From: Candidatus Latescibacterota bacterium
Lineage (GTDB): Bacteria > Latescibacterota > UBA2968 > SICM01
Assembly: GCA_965217865.1 (NCBI GenBank)
Contig: CBDCJO010000002.1
Span: 4,768,001 to 4,832,000 of the forward strand
Reading direction: 5' to 3'
Length of the DNA stretch: 64,000 nt
Shown here: positions 60,893 through 64,000 of the stretch, one piece after another
Position numbering within the stretch: position 1 is the first letter of the stretch
How the letters are laid out: every line of letters starts with the position of its first letter
Notes under the pieces: generated by a model
The model's database searches: none
Told to the model about the DNA's origin: nothing
What the model saw: the letters and a program-made list of their open reading frames with translations, nothing else
Translations under genes and position numbers: made by a program

Positions 60893-61444
60893 TCAATGGT
60901 TGAACAGCGTGACGTTAGGGACATGATTGACCGGAAGGACTTTCAGGGTATCCTGGTGTGGCGGGGAGAGGATGCAGTGGAGGTCTACCTCTTCTTCCTC
61001 CGAAAGCAAGACTTCGGATCCGTTCGGTCCAAGAGCTGATCGGCGGTGATGGCTCACCGTCGCATAGATCGACTCGCATCGATGGACCACCAGAACGTTC
61101 GAACCGGCCATCATGAGTATCCCCTTACGCTCGTTCTGATAATCCGTTTCCAGGGTGTGATTTTGGTAAGCCAGAAACCAGTCACGCCCAATCTGCCTGT
61201 TCATCCACTGATTCCACTGGTCCACGGCACAATCGCGGGCGATCGTGGCCCCGGTCATAGTGCTTTTGTCGGCCTCCGGGAGCCCAAGGGAACCCGCGTG
61301 AGTGAAAAACTGCCATTCCCGGGTCGTGTTCCAGAGGAACGTATAGATATCTTCTTTGTTTGCAGGGCCCACGAGATCGTTGCATCGCATGGCGGTTTCC
61401 CTGTGCTGGTCTACCAAAAAAACTATCAGTTTGGATAGGCAACC
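60893..61444 (-). pseudogene. Degenerate or truncated gene remnant, possibly sulfatase-derived
   Basis: Frame reads KLIVFLVDQHR directly beside the IS end, resembling the sulfatase N-terminal ..DQxR motif; no CxPxR motif. Confidence 0.3.
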
Positions 61445-61447
61445 CTA

Positions 61448-62872
61448 TCAGCCCGTTGAAGAACTACCTTTCAACACACATAAACGGAAAAGACGCCTGG
61501 AGTGCGGGTCGGATAAATCAAGGTAAGGAGATTGAGCAGGAGACGCTGATAAGAGGTTAAAAAGGTGACCGAGGGCAGCAAAGCGTGATTGTAGGACGAG
61601 CAGTAGACGCTGCAAGGCCTTGGCCAGGTCCTGGAGGGCCTTCGGAGTACCTACGCCCATCACTTTGCGCATGAGCAGAGCCAGGTTGCAGCCCCCGATG
61701 TGGATCAGCAAACGCTTGAGGATATTGCCGCGGTCTCTCAAGTGCAACCTGCGCATGCCACCGGTATCATATGTGTGAGCGATGGTTCTTTCCACCCGTT
61801 CTGCACGACTTCGGCGCAAGGCCTTGCCGCGATCTCCCTTGATCCGGCGTCGATTCGCATATACCGCGGCCTGCTCATCTCGTCGGCCGTTCCACTTGCG
61901 GCGTCCCCGATCCGGTTCTGAAATGTAACTCCGGATGCCGCCTTGCTTCAGACTGGTCAATACATCGTTGCTATGATATCCTTTGTCCGCAACCACCTCC
62001 CGTATACGCTGTCTGTGCAAACGCTTAGCAGCTTTTTCGTCCTTCGCGACCTGCTTGAGATTGAGCTGCGCCTCGAGCAGCGTCCAGGACAACGACTCGG
62101 TATCTCCTTCATCTGCTCCCGACAACGCCACTGCCACAATGGCATTGGTGTCCAGATCCACCGCGTGCTCCACCTTGTGCGCCATGTGCGTGCGACCGTC
62201 CTTCATCTTAGCGATCTTGGCATCCGGGTCGTGCGGGTGCTCCCAGTCCTGGTTCGATCCCTTCTTCGGTCGCTTCTTATCGATCTTGGACAAGTCCTCG
62301 CGGGTAGGCGTTTCAATGCCCGAGGCCTTGGCCAGATTCTCAAGGAATGCCTGGTAGCCTTCACCCGTGTCACGGCGTACAATGCTGCGCATCGCGGCGT
62401 TGGCCTCCAGTGTCGTAGCATCCACGCCCAACGTCTTCCCCTTCACCAGACCCGCTTTGCACAAGACCCTCAGGATCCACTTGAAAACCGCTTCGTGAAC
62501 TTCCAAGGGAAGCCGATGCCGGATGCGAGACAGGCTGGAATGATCCGGGGTCTGTTCGTCAAGGGCATACCCCAAAAACCGGCGCAACGTCAGCGAGTCA
62601 GATACACGCCATTCGATCCCACGTTCCGAATCAAGTCCCTCGAAATACCCAATCAAAAGCATCCGAAAATAAACCCCGGGCGGAATGCCCTTGCGACCCA
62701 TATGAGGAGCGTAATACCGCTGGCAAAGCCCTTCGACGAACTCGTCGAACCCGTTCGCCTCCAATACCTGATTCAGCTTCTCGTAGAACGGATGACCCGG
62801 AGATTTCACCAAAGTGTTCGATGCGATGAACAGGTTTTCCTGTCTCTGTCGTCCTCGTTTTCCCATTGCCAT
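61448..62872 (-). CDS. DDE transposase, copy 3
   Basis: Protein identical to copy 2 except for the last residue. Confidence 0.93.
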   Translation of the reverse strand: MAMGKRGRQRQENLFIASNTLVKSPGHPFYEKLNQVLEANGFDEFVEGLCQRYYAPHMGRKGIPPGVYFRMLLIGYFEGLDSERGIEWRVSDSLTLRRFLGYALDEQTPDHSSLSRIRHRLPLEVHEAVFKWILRVLCKAGLVKGKTLGVDATTLEANAAMRSIVRRDTGEGYQAFLENLAKASGIETPTREDLSKIDKKRPKKGSNQDWEHPHDPDAKIAKMKDGRTHMAHKVEHAVDLDTNAIVAVALSGADEGDTESLSWTLLEAQLNLKQVAKDEKAAKRLHRQRIREVVADKGYHSNDVLTSLKQGGIRSYISEPDRGRRKWNGRRDEQAAVYANRRRIKGDRGKALRRSRAERVERTIAHTYDTGGMRRLHLRDRGNILKRLLIHIGGCNLALLMRKVMGVGTPKALQDLAKALQRLLLVLQSRFAALGHLFNLLSASPAQSPYLDLSDPHSRRLFRLCVLKGSSSTG

Positions 62873-62975
62873 TTGCTCGTCCTCCCTTCTCAGTTTGAAC
62901 CTGATATATCATAGGACCAAACCACAAGGAAAGACAACAGTCATCTTGGCATAAACGCACTTTTTCAACAGGCTG
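61449..62975 (-). mobile_element. IS copy 3 (1527 bp)
   Basis: Same IRs; flanks CTAT and TTAG do not match. Confidence 0.95.
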
Positions 62976-63134
62976 TTAGGAACGGATTAGAAAAAAGTCA
63001 AACTTACCGACAAGTTTTCTTCTATTTATATTATCGGCAGATAAAAAGAGACTTGACCGAAAAATTCAGATGGTTAACTTCGTGAAACCGTGCTTTTGGA
63101 TTAAACGTTGGCTCTTAGAGAATGGGCGTGCTGA

Positions 63135-64000
63135 GTGGTAAAGAAAAATAAAAAGTTGTTGTCGATCCTCGGTCCGGGAATCCTGGTGGCCGCCACTGGA
63201 GTTGGTGCGGGGGACCTGGCCACTGCCTCGTTCGCGGGCACAAAGCTCGGATTGGCGGTTCTCTGGGCTGTTCTTCTGGGGGCGATCTTTAAATTTGTGC
63301 TCAATGAGGGATTGACCCGCTGGCAGCTTGCGACTGGGGACACTTTACTCGAAGGGGCTATGAACCATTTAGGCCGTCCCGCTCGGTACATCTTTATGAT
63401 CTACCTTTTGGCCTGGAGCTTTATGGTTGCCGCTGCCTTGATGAGCGCCTGCGGAGCGGCCGCACATGCGATTTCCCCTTTCTTTCACGATCCATCGAGG
63501 GGTAAGATTGTCTACGGAATCATACTGAGTATCATCGGCGTTGTTCTTGTCCGTGTGGGCGGTTACCGGCTGTTTGAAAAGGTGATGAGCCTCAGTATCG
63601 GATTGATGTTCATCACCGTTGTCGTGACGGCCATCCTGTTGAAGCCTGATTTGAGTGAGTTGATGAAAGGGCTTCTGTTCCCAACCATTCCCCAACTTGA
63701 AGGTGACGGACTGCCGTGGACGATCGCACTTATGGGCGGTGTCGGCGGAACCGTAACGGTCCTCTGTTATGGATACTGGATCCGGGAGGAAGGGCGGTTC
63801 AGTGGCGAAGACTTAAGGGTCTGCCGAATCGACCTGGCTGTGGGTTATGGAATGACCTTACTTTTCGGCCTGGCGATGGTGGTCATCGGCAGCACGATTC
63901 AGGTCGAAGGAGGCGGGGCCGCCCTGGTGATCAGATTGGCGGATAAGCTGGTTGATCAATTAGGTTTGATCGGAAGGTGGGCTTTTCTGCTGGGCGCTTT
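63135..64000 (+). CDS. Nramp-family divalent metal transporter (3' partial; not in the ORF track)
   Basis: Manual translation LGPGILVAATGVGAGDL...KFVLNEGLTRWQLATG...GGVGGT; frame is open to the window end. Confidence 0.88.
   Translation, partial: MVKKNKKLLSILGPGILVAATGVGAGDLATASFAGTKLGLAVLWAVLLGAIFKFVLNEGLTRWQLATGDTLLEGAMNHLGRPARYIFMIYLLAWSFMVAAALMSACGAAAHAISPFFHDPSRGKIVYGIILSIIGVVLVRVGGYRLFEKVMSLSIGLMFITVVVTAILLKPDLSELMKGLLFPTIPQLEGDGLPWTIALMGGVGGTVTVLCYGYWIREEGRFSGEDLRVCRIDLAVGYGMTLLFGLAMVVIGSTIQVEGGGAALVIRLADKLVDQLGLIGRWAFLLGA

Noticed and set aside
1-64000. tRNA, rRNA or known riboswitch
   Set aside because: None recognised by eye; tRNAscan-SE and Infernal would be decisive.

Overview
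Bacterial chromosome segment of moderately high GC. The FlgD-Ig/T9SS-like and dockerin-like C-termini, the stand-alone cNMP-binding proteins and the PhyH and GH-like genes suggest a Latescibacterota/FCB-associated lineage (inference). Housekeeping genes are glgB, pyk, hslU, hslV, xerC and topA, plus transporters. Accessory content includes three copies of one ~1527-bp IS5/IS1182-like element that targets YTAG, a back-to-back pair of toxin-antitoxin modules with both toxins broken, a multiply disrupted >2000-aa repeat surface protein fused to an AT-rich truncated SBP gene, and tandem GH-like paralogs. The best candidate for an undescribed system is 51009-60711: a Ser/Thr kinase-ATPase-TPR protein, a sensorless His kinase, REC-zinc ribbon, zinc ribbon-TPR and zinc ribbon-FHA proteins, and a sigma54 activator, followed by a ZU5-like lipoprotein and a free TPR paralog of the kinase's TPR domain. 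Many genes carry single lesions (in-frame stops or 1-bp indels). Two amber stops fit CCAGG>CTAGG, and one of them is the IS insertion site. No rRNA, tRNA or CRISPR array was seen. All family assignments are by eye, without database searches.
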